Source: a virus. From it: a stretch of 64,000 bases of DNA. Positions 37,552 through 47,267 of the stretch are shown in pieces. Position numbers and translations under genes: made by a program. Positions within the stretch are counted from its first letter, which is position 1. Each line of letters opens with the position of its first letter. The notes below the pieces were generated by a model. That model was not told the DNA's origin, made no database searches, and worked only from the letters and a program-made list of their open reading frames with translations. The DNA lies in the IMG/VR virus record IMGVR_UViG_3300034101_005931, positions 1 through 64,000 of that record; one strand, given 5' to 3'.

Positions 37552-37737
37552 CTACTTGCCTTTGTTTTTTTTACCGGGCTTGCGGCCAACTTTTGCTTTT
37601 TTGACTGCTGTTTTAACTTGTTTTTCTTTTGTCGCTTTGACAGGACGGCTAAGAAACCCTTTAATATTGTTAAGTAGATCTGTAAAAAGACCGCTCACAA
37701 CTGATAAGATTTTCATATATATATTTATTCTTTTCAC
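37552..37737 (-). CDS. Small Lys-rich protein (true start probably 37716)
   Basis: Amphipathic N-terminus, basic tail; TAAATA upstream. Confidence 0.55.
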   Translation of the reverse strand: MKRINIYMKILSVVSGLFTDLLNNIKGFLSRPVKATKEKQVKTAVKKAKVGRKPGKKNKGK

Positions 37738-37791
37738 CAGTGAAAACCATAAAAATATGAGCTGTCTAATTTAAGGGCTGATACTACAATA

Positions 37792-38529
37792 CTAATATTG
37801 TAGATCAAATGTTTTTTCAAACGCTTTATTATCGGCTTTATATGACTCCAGGGATTCTAAATTAGCGTTTGCAGAATATTGCCAGTGCCAGCTTATTTCA
37901 TCGGGAACTTTAAAACCAAAAAATTTATATACATCTTTTTGCATATCTACAACTTCTTTGCCTCTCCAGTTGTGACCCACTGTAACAATACCCGCTTTAA
38001 TGTTACCTACAATATTACCTTCCTCAAGGCTAGTTTTTCTGTTTTCAATCCAGTTAAGACGTTCTATTAATTTTTGATATATACCATTCATTTGACCCCA
38101 ACGAATAGGACCAAAAAATATAACAGCTGATGAATTAAAAAGTGATTTCGAAATCTTCCACAACTCGTCCTTTTCATTACCAAAAGAAACCCAGCATCTA
38201 TGATAACCTGAAGGGTTCTTTTCTTTATCTTTTAAAAGAGCGCCCTTTAATCCACAAGTATTACCTTCAGCAGATGATACATTACCTACACAAGGAAGTA
38301 TGTTAAGTGCCGCAGCGTCAACAATTTCACATTTGTTCGAACCTATCCTACTTTGTATAAATCGTGCTAGTTGGGTACTTTTTGGTATATCTTCTTTTTT
38401 ATGATCAGGTCTTGTAGATGTAGTTATAAGCAAAACACGTTTTTCGCCTTCTAGATAAGCTATAGTTTTCGAAAGGTTAGAGTCAGTAACCTTAGCTTCA
38501 GCTATTAAGTAATCTGAAAATTTAAGCAT
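37792..38529 (-). CDS. Flavodoxin-like / NADPH-dependent FMN reductase family protein
   Basis: LLITTSTR, AVIFFGPIRWG, QKLIERL; N-terminus MLKFSDYLIAE. Confidence 0.75.
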   Translation of the reverse strand: MLKFSDYLIAEAKVTDSNLSKTIAYLEGEKRVLLITTSTRPDHKKEDIPKSTQLARFIQSRIGSNKCEIVDAAALNILPCVGNVSSAEGNTCGLKGALLKDKEKNPSGYHRCWVSFGNEKDELWKISKSLFNSSAVIFFGPIRWGQMNGIYQKLIERLNWIENRKTSLEEGNIVGNIKAGIVTVGHNWRGKEVVDMQKDVYKFFGFKVPDEISWHWQYSANANLESLESYKADNKAFEKTFDLQY

Positions 38530-38658
38530 ATACCACTAACTATTTATTTAATACTGTATAATTATGCAAAGTATGTTTATAGCTTATAAACAAAAGCTGC
38601 TCCGTATAGTAACGTCAGTGACGTTATAGGACCATTAAATGAGAAGTTAACAGGTAAT

Positions 38659-38898
38659 TCAAATGCTGTTAACTGACCAACTGTTGAAGAGCTCGCCCAT
38701 TCCTTCAAGATCGAGGAGCCATTGCTTCACTCGCAGAGTGATATAACCGTCCTCGTCAGCTTCCATTTCAGGGGGGAAAATGTGTTTACATCTGCCTGTT
38801 TTGATAAGCTCGTCTTCAAAAGCCGTATCGACGGCTTGTTGAAACTCTGGGTATATTTCTTGATGAATTTTATAAGATTTCATAGCGTTATTCCCCAT
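38659..38898 (-). CDS. Cassette small protein (true start probably 38883), 3' end read out of frame into the repeat
   Basis: ATGA overlap with upstream stop; last ~12 codons derive from the duplicated segment. Confidence 0.55.
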   Translation of the reverse strand: MGNNAMKSYKIHQEIYPEFQQAVDTAFEDELIKTGRCKHIFPPEMEADEDGYITLRVKQWLLDLEGMGELFNSWSVNSI

Positions 38899-39959
38899 TT
38901 AGCGGCAAGGTAATCAATAATTTGGTTAGCAGTTGTTTCATCATGTACAGCACGGTAAATCAGAACTTCGGTGTAATTCAAAGCCACAGCTCCCTGTGTT
39001 CCGGTGCTATTCGACGCTCCCAACAAAATATCAGACCTATTTGCGGAGGAGGTTCCAACACTACCAGACAGGGTTTGATGCGTTTTCTTACTACCAACAA
39101 TAGCTTCTCCACTATTCCCAACATTGAAACGTGCTGACCAAATGTTATGGTTTGAACCTGAGCTTTTGGATAAAGTTGAAAGTCTAGATGTTCCGTTGTT
39201 AGCACCAATAACCCCCTCAGAAGACCCAATAAACATACCTCTAGGTGCTATTGTGGAGTTTCCTAGTCGAATAGCGGTTCCAGTTCCCATGTCTGTCCCC
39301 ACTAAATAGTAAGAGTATTGCTGCGTGAAAGTGGAGAACCCAGAACTTGATAAAACATCTCCATTGAAAAACACCGCTTTCCGTCCGTTGACATTAGACT
39401 TGAAAACAGGTTGGAGGCTTGCGGAGGATTGGGACAAATTAGGTTTACCGGAAACCAAGTTGTTCCATTGCGTAACTGTTTCGTCATTTTCCGCAGGGTC
39501 ATCAACGGTTGTAGCTGTGCGGGTTACAGTTCCATCAGCCCACGTTGCTTGCCAAGGGTAATCGGTGTCCCCAGAGGCGTAAAAAAAGCTTATAAAAGGG
39601 TCGCCCTCATCAGGATTCTCTTGATTTCTTTGCACCCATTGAGAGCCATCCCAATATATTTGACTGTTTCCGTTAAAACCTCCTGTCCACTGACGATAAT
39701 ACCTGTTTTTTTCATTTTCTGCCCCCGCTACATCATATACGCCGTTTGATGGAAAGATTTGAAACGCAGCCACAACAATACTGGCAGTTTCATCGGTAAA
39801 GTTGTTACCAACAAAGTTAAGCACACCCTCGTTAGCATCCAACCAAAGCTCAAGCTCTGGTAGATCGGTGGGAGAAAAAGGAACTACAGGCGAACCTCCG
39901 CCCACAGAAGGTCTACCTATTAGACTCCCTAAACCTAATCCTAAACCTAGTCTTGGCAT
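38880..39959 (-). CDS. LamG/concanavalin-like virion protein
   Basis: MPRLGLGLGL start; FSPTDL..LELWLDA...VTQWNN...EVLIY...IIDYLAAKWGI. Confidence 0.75.
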   Translation of the reverse strand: MPRLGLGLGLGSLIGRPSVGGGSPVVPFSPTDLPELELWLDANEGVLNFVGNNFTDETASIVVAAFQIFPSNGVYDVAGAENEKNRYYRQWTGGFNGNSQIYWDGSQWVQRNQENPDEGDPFISFFYASGDTDYPWQATWADGTVTRTATTVDDPAENDETVTQWNNLVSGKPNLSQSSASLQPVFKSNVNGRKAVFFNGDVLSSSGFSTFTQQYSYYLVGTDMGTGTAIRLGNSTIAPRGMFIGSSEGVIGANNGTSRLSTLSKSSGSNHNIWSARFNVGNSGEAIVGSKKTHQTLSGSVGTSSANRSDILLGASNSTGTQGAVALNYTEVLIYRAVHDETTANQIIDYLAAKWGITL

Positions 39960-39962
39960 ATT

Positions 39963-40511
39963 TTAGAGTTTATAAACAAAAGCTGCTCCGTATAGTAACG
40001 TCAGTGACGTTATAGGACCATTAAATGAGAAGTTAACAGGTAATTCAAATGCTGTTAACTGACCAACTGTTGAAGAGCTAGCAGATATAGCAGATATTTT
40101 AGCAGCTGAGACAATCTGAACTGTTGTAAAATTACCAGTGGTTGTTTGCCCACCGATAATAAAATTAAAACCACCTTGACCTAGCTGCGCGTCGAGACGT
40201 GATGAAATAGTATTAAGAAGTGTGTTCGAACGAATTACTAAATTTTCAACATCAGATAAATTAACGTTAATGTCACTAGCGGACAACGAAACAGTAATAT
40301 CACTTGCGTTGGTGAGATGTGTGAGAACTGCATACTTAGGATAAACATCTACAGCTGAATAAGTCGGTGTACCTGTATTACCAGGAAAAGCAGAAGATCG
40401 ATCATAATAACCAACCCTTGTTACAGATATAGCAGGGTAATTGGTATCATTTAATGGAAATTGCTTAAATTTACCGGATTCAGCGGTTTGGTACGCGGTT
40501 ATAATGGCCAT
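39963..40511 (-). CDS. Virion-associated protein (N-terminal paralogue of 41046..42752)
   Basis: Shared PAISVTRxGYYD...YPKYAVL domain. Confidence 0.65.
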   Translation of the reverse strand: MAIITAYQTAESGKFKQFPLNDTNYPAISVTRVGYYDRSSAFPGNTGTPTYSAVDVYPKYAVLTHLTNASDITVSLSASDINVNLSDVENLVIRSNTLLNTISSRLDAQLGQGGFNFIIGGQTTTGNFTTVQIVSAAKISAISASSSTVGQLTAFELPVNFSFNGPITSLTLLYGAAFVYKL

Positions 40512-40530
40512 ATGAATATTTATTAAACAG

Positions 40531-40578
40531 TTGCTATTTTTATAAATATCTCTATACTTACATTAAGTTCTTTAAAAA
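40531..40578 (+). promoter_or_regulatory. tmRNA promoter(s) and boxA-like element
   Basis: TTGCTA-N16-TATACT with embedded TATAAATA; GTTCTTTAAAAA at 40567-78. Confidence 0.6.
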
Positions 40579-40581
40579 TTT

Positions 40582-41034
40582 GGGGGTGTACTGGTTTCGA
40601 CCTGAAACAGAAACTAAAAACGCATGTAGAGGTTGGTCAGCTGGCCTCTTAAAAAGCAGACCGAAAAATTAAGAGCAGATAATACTGACTCCATCTTGGC
40701 TGAAGCCGAGTACATATTCAACAACGCTTCCGAGTTTCTCGGAGAGGTTGAAGAAGAGTATCTCTTAGCAGCTTAAGGTCCTTTAACTCAGACCCTCTAA
40801 GAGTTAATTGATAACAGAGGAAGTTAGATTGTTGGTAGTTCTAATGTAACAACAAAATATCAACCGTATATAGATTGCGATAATGTCTATAGGCAGACTA
40901 AAAACTCGGTTAGTGTCACCAAGCAGCCTAAAGTCTTCGTTACCGTATGGTGGCTGAAATGCTGAAGATACTAAAACATGTAGACCTTTTAGTCTATGGA
41001 TTCAGGGACAGGGGTTCAACTCCCCTCATCTCCA
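40582..41034 (+). ncRNA. ssrA: tmRNA with tag (A)ADNTDSILAEAEYIFNNASEFLGEVEEEYLLAA
   Basis: 5' GGGGGTGTACTGGTTTCGAC; 3' GACAGGGGTTCAACTCCCCTCATCTCCA; G3-U70; tag ORF 40675-40776 ends LAA-stop. Confidence 0.95.
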
Positions 41035-41045
41035 CTTTTTAACTA

Positions 41046-42752
41046 TTATCTACTAATCTCTTCCCAATCCATGGATGCAAACATTCCAGTTGTACCACTA
41101 GAACTATTAACAGCCGCAACTAATGTGAGTTCGTAAGGAGTGCTAGTAAAATAATTTCTTTCCAATTGAAATTTAAAGAGAGCTTCTTTTAGAATATCAA
41201 CAGAAGGAGAACTTTGATTGTTGGAACTCACATACCCACTAGCTAAAATTCTTCCTCCTGAAAAACTTGTACCTGTGGTATTATATTGCACTGCACTATC
41301 TGGTCCAGCACTCAACCACTGTCCTCCTGTTGTTGTTCCAGATGCTATAACTTGCCAATTATAGTTTTTACCATCCCCATCTCCTAAAATAGATAATGCT
41401 GTCAATATAATAATAGCATCTAATCTATCTGTTCTTAATTTAATTGAAATGATCGGATAATACGTATTTGCAGCCGCAAAGGTTATTGGTGCATTAATTG
41501 GAATAGATATAGCTTGTTGTAATCCACGAAGTTCATAACCACCTTCAGATATTACAGTAGAACATACTTGTTTTAACGTTTTGGGAACGTTTGTTGCTGC
41601 CTTATTAGTGATCTCATATCTCAGAGGCAAAGATGCTGTAGTAATATAAGTTGAATCAATAAGATTAGCATGATGGAATGAATGACAAACAATAAATTTA
41701 CCATTGATAACAAACCCTGTTCTTACTGTTCCTACACCAAGCCATTCAATATCAGCCCACAAAATTTGTGCTTTAGTAATATCTAAAGTAAATCCTGAAG
41801 GTCCAGTTCCATCTAACTTATCACCATTCCATGCTGATACAGGAACAATATTTTCTGAAGAAGGAGAACCATTAACTAATGTTCTTTCAACAAAGCTCAT
41901 TACACCATCATTTAATTGAAAATAGATACCATTATCTTGTCCAAAGTACCCAACTCTCTGTCTCAAATTTGTAGCAGAAGAAGCCATGACAAATGTATTC
42001 ATTACGAGCAATGACTTACCTGGTTGATAGGAAAATACTTTTGTTGTTTCTCTAATAACAGAAGCACCTGATAACCCAGTTACATTCAGTTCCATCAACC
42101 CTTGATTTTGATTAAAGGTATATGAAGCGCTTACAGCAGTTAAAGATGCCCAAAGGTTATTGTCTCTATATCTATGACTTGAATCAAATAAAGTCATAGG
42201 AGAAGATATTCTTAATCTTCCAAATGCATCAAGCTGAGTAGGTTCAGGTGTTGTTACAGCGTTGATGGTATTGAGAATATTGACAGCTGTGACTGGGTTG
42301 AGAACGGTAACCGCACCAGACACAGCTATTTTATTGTTTAATAAAGTATAGTATACATCATCAACGGCAGATGCGGTATCAAATGTATTTTTCTCTAAGT
42401 CATCAACATATGTAGAAATACCAGAGAGCTGAAAACTTTGCAATAATGTAAAAGCATTATTTGTTGATATTAATGTTTCTATCTCGTCTAACTCTATATT
42501 AACCTGACCAGCACTTAATGATACGCTAATATCTTCTGGATTTGTTATATGTGATAAAACTGCGTATTTCGGGTAAATGTCTACAGCAGAGTATGTAGGA
42601 TTGCCTGTATTAGCGGGAAAAGCTGCAGAATCGTCATAATAACCTATCCTTGTTACAGATATAGCAGGAAATCTGCTATCATCTTGAATTTCAATAAATT
42701 TACTATATTCTACTGTTTTAGAGTTACGGATAATGTTAGGACTATTTGACAT
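41046..42752 (-). CDS. Virion structural protein
   Basis: DAFGRLRIS, FSYQPGKS, IEWLGVGTVR, ASLPLRYEI, DWEEI motifs of a common large-phage structural family. Confidence 0.75.
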   Translation of the reverse strand: MSNSPNIIRNSKTVEYSKFIEIQDDSRFPAISVTRIGYYDDSAAFPANTGNPTYSAVDIYPKYAVLSHITNPEDISVSLSAGQVNIELDEIETLISTNNAFTLLQSFQLSGISTYVDDLEKNTFDTASAVDDVYYTLLNNKIAVSGAVTVLNPVTAVNILNTINAVTTPEPTQLDAFGRLRISSPMTLFDSSHRYRDNNLWASLTAVSASYTFNQNQGLMELNVTGLSGASVIRETTKVFSYQPGKSLLVMNTFVMASSATNLRQRVGYFGQDNGIYFQLNDGVMSFVERTLVNGSPSSENIVPVSAWNGDKLDGTGPSGFTLDITKAQILWADIEWLGVGTVRTGFVINGKFIVCHSFHHANLIDSTYITTASLPLRYEITNKAATNVPKTLKQVCSTVISEGGYELRGLQQAISIPINAPITFAAANTYYPIISIKLRTDRLDAIIILTALSILGDGDGKNYNWQVIASGTTTGGQWLSAGPDSAVQYNTTGTSFSGGRILASGYVSSNNQSSPSVDILKEALFKFQLERNYFTSTPYELTLVAAVNSSSGTTGMFASMDWEEISR

Positions 42753-42957
42753 TTATTAAAATATTTATTTAACCCTCCTAGGTGAACCTCGTAAACTTCT
42801 ACTAGTAAATACCTGAACATGCGGTTGGTTTTTTTCGTTTTTACGTTTTTGAAGCTGTTTGACAATAAACAACAAAAGAAAACTCGCAATTACAATTATA
42901 GAAGCTATAATAATTTCCATAGATAATTAATTACTCAGTAGTTTGTTTTAATCACGT

Positions 42958-43767
42958 ATGAAAGTTGCCTGTTGCTCTACTCTTAATGATTTATATTTTG
43001 AGGGATTTATTACATTTTATTATAGCTTAATTCATCACAACCCGGGGTTCAATTTACCGTATTATATTTTTACTTGGGGCGAGCTGTCTAATAAAAATAT
43101 ATCTAAATTAAAAGATATTTACGATAAGTTCATTATTAAAGATATACGTAATGAACAGTACGACGGTGTACAGTATAGTGAAAAATGGAGAACATGGAAT
43201 ATTAATTGCATTAATAGATTTGAAATTTTTACATTAGAAGAATATGATAGACTTATTTTCTTAGATGCTGATATGTTAGTTCTTGGTAATGTAAAAGAAT
43301 TATTTGAAATTGATGTAGAGTTTGGTGCATGTACAATTGCACTAAATAGCGAAATAGATCACCCGAGTAAGTATAATAAAGCTTTGAAATCTTTTGACGG
43401 AGGCCTGATGATAATTGGGAAAAAATATCTTTGTAAAAACACAGTAGAAGACCTGATTAAAATAGCTAAACAAAAGAAATGGACGAGTGATGAACCTATA
43501 CTAAATGTTTTTTTTGATAATACTAAAACTACATTTTTACCTAAAAAATACAACACACTCACAACAGAAATTACAAACGATAATTTAAAGGATAGTTTAA
43601 TAATACAATACGTAGGAGTAAAAAAACCATGGCTAGGTAAAACACTAGAAGATAGACATGATACTTTTAATTTACAAAGATTAAATAGCAGAACTCTAGC
43701 CATTAAAGTAGATATGTTATATCAATTATACTATAAAAAAGCTATAGCAGCATATGGAATTGGATAA
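42958..43767 (+). CDS. Glycosyltransferase family 8
   Basis: YDRLIFLDADMLV, DEPILN, YVGVKKPW. Confidence 0.88.
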   Translation: MKVACCSTLNDLYFEGFITFYYSLIHHNPGFNLPYYIFTWGELSNKNISKLKDIYDKFIIKDIRNEQYDGVQYSEKWRTWNINCINRFEIFTLEEYDRLIFLDADMLVLGNVKELFEIDVEFGACTIALNSEIDHPSKYNKALKSFDGGLMIIGKKYLCKNTVEDLIKIAKQKKWTSDEPILNVFFDNTKTTFLPKKYNTLTTEITNDNLKDSLIIQYVGVKKPWLGKTLEDRHDTFNLQRLNSRTLAIKVDMLYQLYYKKAIAAYGIG

Positions 43768-44605
43768 AAAAATAGCGTGTTGTTCTACACTTAATGATTT
43801 ATACTTCGAGGGGTTTTTAACATTTTTCGAAAGTCTAAAGACACATAACCCAAAGTTTAATTTACCGTATTATATTTTTGCATGGGGTGATTTAAGTTCA
43901 AAAAATATTGAATATCTGCACAACCTATACACTAACTTTGAAATTAAAAATATTGATAACACAAAATATGATGGTGTAAAATATAGTACAAGATTTCGTG
44001 ATTGGAATATTAATTGTGTAAATCGATTTGAAATTTTGTCTCTTTCAGATTATGATAGAGTTATATTTTTTGATGTTGATATGCTTATTATTAAAAATCT
44101 CGACGAGCTTTTTCAATTTGATGGTGATTTCTGTGCTTGTGAAGAGCCTAAGGATATATTAATTGATCATCCGGCTGTTTTTAATCAATCGTTGAAAACG
44201 TTTAATGGCGGTTTAATGCTTTTTTCGAAAAAGTATCTTAATAAAGAAACGCAAGACGGCTTAATAAGCATTGCCCTTCAAAAAAAATGGTCAAGCGATG
44301 AACCTATTCTCAATACGTTTTTTACAAATGATAAAGTTACATTTCTCCCTGACACATATCTTGTTACTATGCATGGTATAACAGAGAAAACATTTTCTTC
44401 TGCCAAAATTTTACATTTCGTAGGCGAAAAAAAACCCTGGAATAAAGGAGGTTTACCCGACAAATATGACCGAAATTGTGTAAGAGGTTTGGTTGATAAA
44501 ACCCTTTTATTTAAAGTTGATTTAAAATACCGACAATACTATAATAAGGCTATTAAAAAATTTAATGAATATAAAGAAAATTCTTGTAATTGTACCTCAC
44601 GGTGA
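43754..44605 (+). CDS. Glycosyltransferase family 8 (tandem paralogue)
   Basis: YDRVIFFDVDMLI, FNGGLM, HFVGEKKPW. Confidence 0.88.
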   Translation: MELDKKIACCSTLNDLYFEGFLTFFESLKTHNPKFNLPYYIFAWGDLSSKNIEYLHNLYTNFEIKNIDNTKYDGVKYSTRFRDWNINCVNRFEILSLSDYDRVIFFDVDMLIIKNLDELFQFDGDFCACEEPKDILIDHPAVFNQSLKTFNGGLMLFSKKYLNKETQDGLISIALQKKWSSDEPILNTFFTNDKVTFLPDTYLVTMHGITEKTFSSAKILHFVGEKKPWNKGGLPDKYDRNCVRGLVDKTLLFKVDLKYRQYYNKAIKKFNEYKENSCNCTSR

Positions 44606-45218
44606 TGATGAAATATTACTATGTGGAGGAACGATTCATAAATTTGCGAAACAAGGACACGAGATACATATTGCCTTTGTTAGACAGCCACACGACGAAA
44701 GAACTGCAAAACAACTCGAAACAACGAAAAAAGTAAAAACGCATTTAAGAATAAAAGAAACGTACTACTTAAATTTAACTGAAGAGGAAACTGCAAATAA
44801 TTTTCTTAAACTAAAATGCAAGGTAGAAGATGTTATAAGTACCATAAGACCTGAAATAATCTTTACCACTTTCTACGGCGACAATCATCAGGATCATCAA
44901 AATTTATTTAAAGCTGTATCAGTAGCATGTCGTCATCATAATGCACCGTTTGTAAAGCAAATTTATGTAGGTGAGGTCTGCTCTTCTACAGAACAAAACA
45001 TAGGTCCAGATAAGTTTAATCCAACTGTCTACATTCCTCTATCCATTGATGATATTACTGCAAAAATATTAGCAATGGAAGCATATAAAACAGAGAGAAG
45101 AGATCATCCGCATGCAAGATCAGGAGAAAATATATCAGCTCTTGCAACGTTTAGAGGTGCACGTATTAATGAAAAATACGCGGAAGCGTTTATGTGTTTA
45201 AAGTTAGTTTGGGATTAG
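44565..45218 (+). CDS. PIG-L/LmbE family deacetylase
   Basis: PHGDDE..CGG, DNHQDH, YAEAF. Confidence 0.9.
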   Translation: MNIKKILVIVPHGDDEILLCGGTIHKFAKQGHEIHIAFVRQPHDERTAKQLETTKKVKTHLRIKETYYLNLTEEETANNFLKLKCKVEDVISTIRPEIIFTTFYGDNHQDHQNLFKAVSVACRHHNAPFVKQIYVGEVCSSTEQNIGPDKFNPTVYIPLSIDDITAKILAMEAYKTERRDHPHARSGENISALATFRGARINEKYAEAFMCLKLVWD

Positions 45219-45688
45219 AGTAGTGCTGCTTGAAAGTGCATCCAATCATAGTTTTTCAGTCTACCTAGACTGACCCACCCTTCACTTTCTACGATTTTCC
45301 AAAAAGCTTCATATTCCTTTTTCGCGAAAACAGCTCTATCTCTTCCCCACTTTAAACGGTTTCTATCTGGATCTAGATCTACAGCAGCGCCCCAAGAATG
45401 TATTGACCAAGCTGAACCTCCGCGCATTTTACGAACGTTAACACAACCACCAAAGCTATTAAGTTTAAGCTTTTGAATATCTTTTAAACCATATGTTTTA
45501 AGGGTTTGTTCGAAAATAGTATGTAATGATTCTGCACATTTTTTATTACATGATATTTTTTTAACTTTAGCTGATTGATCCCATGCTAGATACATTTCAT
45601 AAGGAAGTTGTATCTGTGTCATGTTTTCTCCGACAGGACCATAAAAGGCTGTCATTGATGTAAATCCTTGTTTTGGCCACTTATTCAT
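45215..45688 (-). CDS. Endolysin, M15 family peptidase
   Basis: NVRKMRGG, SIHSWGAAVD, DWMHFQ. Confidence 0.88.
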   Translation of the reverse strand: MNKWPKQGFTSMTAFYGPVGENMTQIQLPYEMYLAWDQSAKVKKISCNKKCAESLHTIFEQTLKTYGLKDIQKLKLNSFGGCVNVRKMRGGSAWSIHSWGAAVDLDPDRNRLKWGRDRAVFAKKEYEAFWKIVESEGWVSLGRLKNYDWMHFQAALL

Positions 45689-46151
45689 ATGGTTGTTCCT
45701 CTACCCACTCTATAGGTGCATAAGAGAGGTCATCTTTATACTTTTCAGCGTATATTTGTATAATTGTTTCTTGAACCTCTTCTTTTGCGTATTGTATTTC
45801 ACCTTTTAATGCAGTGTTTGATTCTGTATTATATTTAAAATCAATGGCTGCTTGTAGACCGAGATATGCAGATATAATGATTGCAAAAATTTTAATTGTT
45901 TCTACGAATATTGTCACAAATGGTGTGGTAATTGTTGGAAGCGGTGCTGTTAAAAATAAGATAAAAGTACTTACTCCAAAAAAAGCCAACAACATTAAGA
46001 TGGAGCTAAAAACCACAAAAAACTTTTTACTTCTTAAGAAGTTAATAGACTTCATCTCTTCAATATATTGAAGAGGGGTGTTAGGTGGTACTTTATTGTG
46101 ACTTAACATAGCCGCTAACGATTGTCCTATTAATGCTAGTCTATCCCACAT
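45681..46151 (-). CDS. Putative holin
   Basis: Two TM segments after RSKKF; overlaps endolysin start. Confidence 0.55.
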   Translation of the reverse strand: MWDRLALIGQSLAAMLSHNKVPPNTPLQYIEEMKSINFLRSKKFFVVFSSILMLLAFFGVSTFILFLTAPLPTITTPFVTIFVETIKIFAIIISAYLGLQAAIDFKYNTESNTALKGEIQYAKEEVQETIIQIYAEKYKDDLSYAPIEWVEEQPYE

Positions 46152-46186
46152 ATATAACTATTTAGTCAAATGAATAAGTAATATTA

Positions 46187-46987
46187 ATGTACGGAAAACA
46201 GTATAATAGTGATTTAGAAGCTATTTATAACTATATGGTTCAACCTCAAGTTTTGTTGGAAAAATACTATAGTGATAAATTGCACGAGAGATTTTGGCAA
46301 AATAATGTTTTTGATTCTAATATACGAGAAAAACTATTACAGATTGCGAAAGATTTCTATAATTCCTTTGATATTAATGTACCGGTAATAGATATACAAC
46401 TAACAGGATCAATGGCTAATTACAATTATACGAAGTATTCAGATCTCGATGTTCATATTATAATTGACTTTAAACAAATTAACCCCAACACTGATTTAGT
46501 TAAAAAAGCTTTAGACGGTGTTAGATTTATATGGAATTTGAGACACAATATAACTATGGGTGGTCATGATGTAGAATTTTATTTTCAAGATGTTAATGAG
46601 CAGCATACGGCTAGCGGTCTTTATAGCTTATTAAATGGAGAATGGATAAGAGAACCAAAGTATAGCCCACCTGAAATAGATGAACGCGATGTAAAGGTAA
46701 AATATGACGCTTATGTATCAGAAATAGAAAAACTTGCTAATAGAGTAAAAGCAAAAAATCTTTCTCCTGAAGAGTATAAATCAATAACAGATCGCGCCTC
46801 TAAGTTGAAAGCAAAAATACATCAAGGAAGAAAAGATTGTTTATTAACAGGTAATGAATTTTGTGTTGAAAACTTAGTATTTAAAGAATTAAGAAACTCT
46901 GATCTATTCGGTAAATTAATACAAATTGGTATTGACGCCTATGATAAGGCATATTCAGAAGACGAGCTTAATCGCCATGAATATTAA
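46187..46987 (+). CDS. Pol-beta superfamily nucleotidyltransferase
   Basis: LTGSMANYNYTKYSDLDVH, DVEFY, ENLVFKELR. Confidence 0.85.
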   Translation: MYGKQYNSDLEAIYNYMVQPQVLLEKYYSDKLHERFWQNNVFDSNIREKLLQIAKDFYNSFDINVPVIDIQLTGSMANYNYTKYSDLDVHIIIDFKQINPNTDLVKKALDGVRFIWNLRHNITMGGHDVEFYFQDVNEQHTASGLYSLLNGEWIREPKYSPPEIDERDVKVKYDAYVSEIEKLANRVKAKNLSPEEYKSITDRASKLKAKIHQGRKDCLLTGNEFCVENLVFKELRNSDLFGKLIQIGIDAYDKAYSEDELNRHEY

Positions 46988-47216
46988 AAGTGACAGTGGT
47001 CTTATGATATAGTTTACCTGTCGTAGGGTGTATTTGACATAATTCACCGCTATTTAAAAGTACAACATTGTAGCCGTTTTTGTCGTTTATTCTCTGATAT
47101 AAGAGCTGACCAAATTCTTCCATTTCTAGAAAGAAAAAGTCACCTGGATAAATTTTGTCCCACGTTACTTTCATAACTTTTATTATAGTAAAAAAATTAT
47201 AAATCTCAAGAAACAA
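46968..47216 (-). CDS. Hypothetical protein (true start probably 47174)
   Basis: Short ORF, MKVTWDKIYPGDFF. Confidence 0.5.
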   Translation of the reverse strand: MFLEIYNFFTIIKVMKVTWDKIYPGDFFFLEMEEFGQLLYQRINDKNGYNVVLLNSGELCQIHPTTGKLYHKTTVTFNIHGD

Positions 47217-47267
47217 ACGAATTTATTAATCCTTCTGCTGCATTAGCTGTCAAAGTGTTTCAACAAA

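Larger units (their letters stand above)
38584..40079. repeat. 110-bp perfect direct repeat (38584-38693 and 39970-40079) flanking a two-gene cassette
   Basis: Identical ttataaacaaaagctgctccg...ctgttgaagagct; the unit is the 3' end of CDS 39963..40511. Confidence 0.95.

Noticed and set aside
38584-40079. Diversity-generating retroelement TR/VR pair
   Set aside because: Copies are identical over 110 bp with no adenine-specific mismatches, and no reverse transcriptase is present in the window
46187-46987. CCA-adding enzyme call for the nucleotidyltransferase
   Set aside because: Lacks class II CCA motifs (GGxVRD, RRD); left at superfamily level
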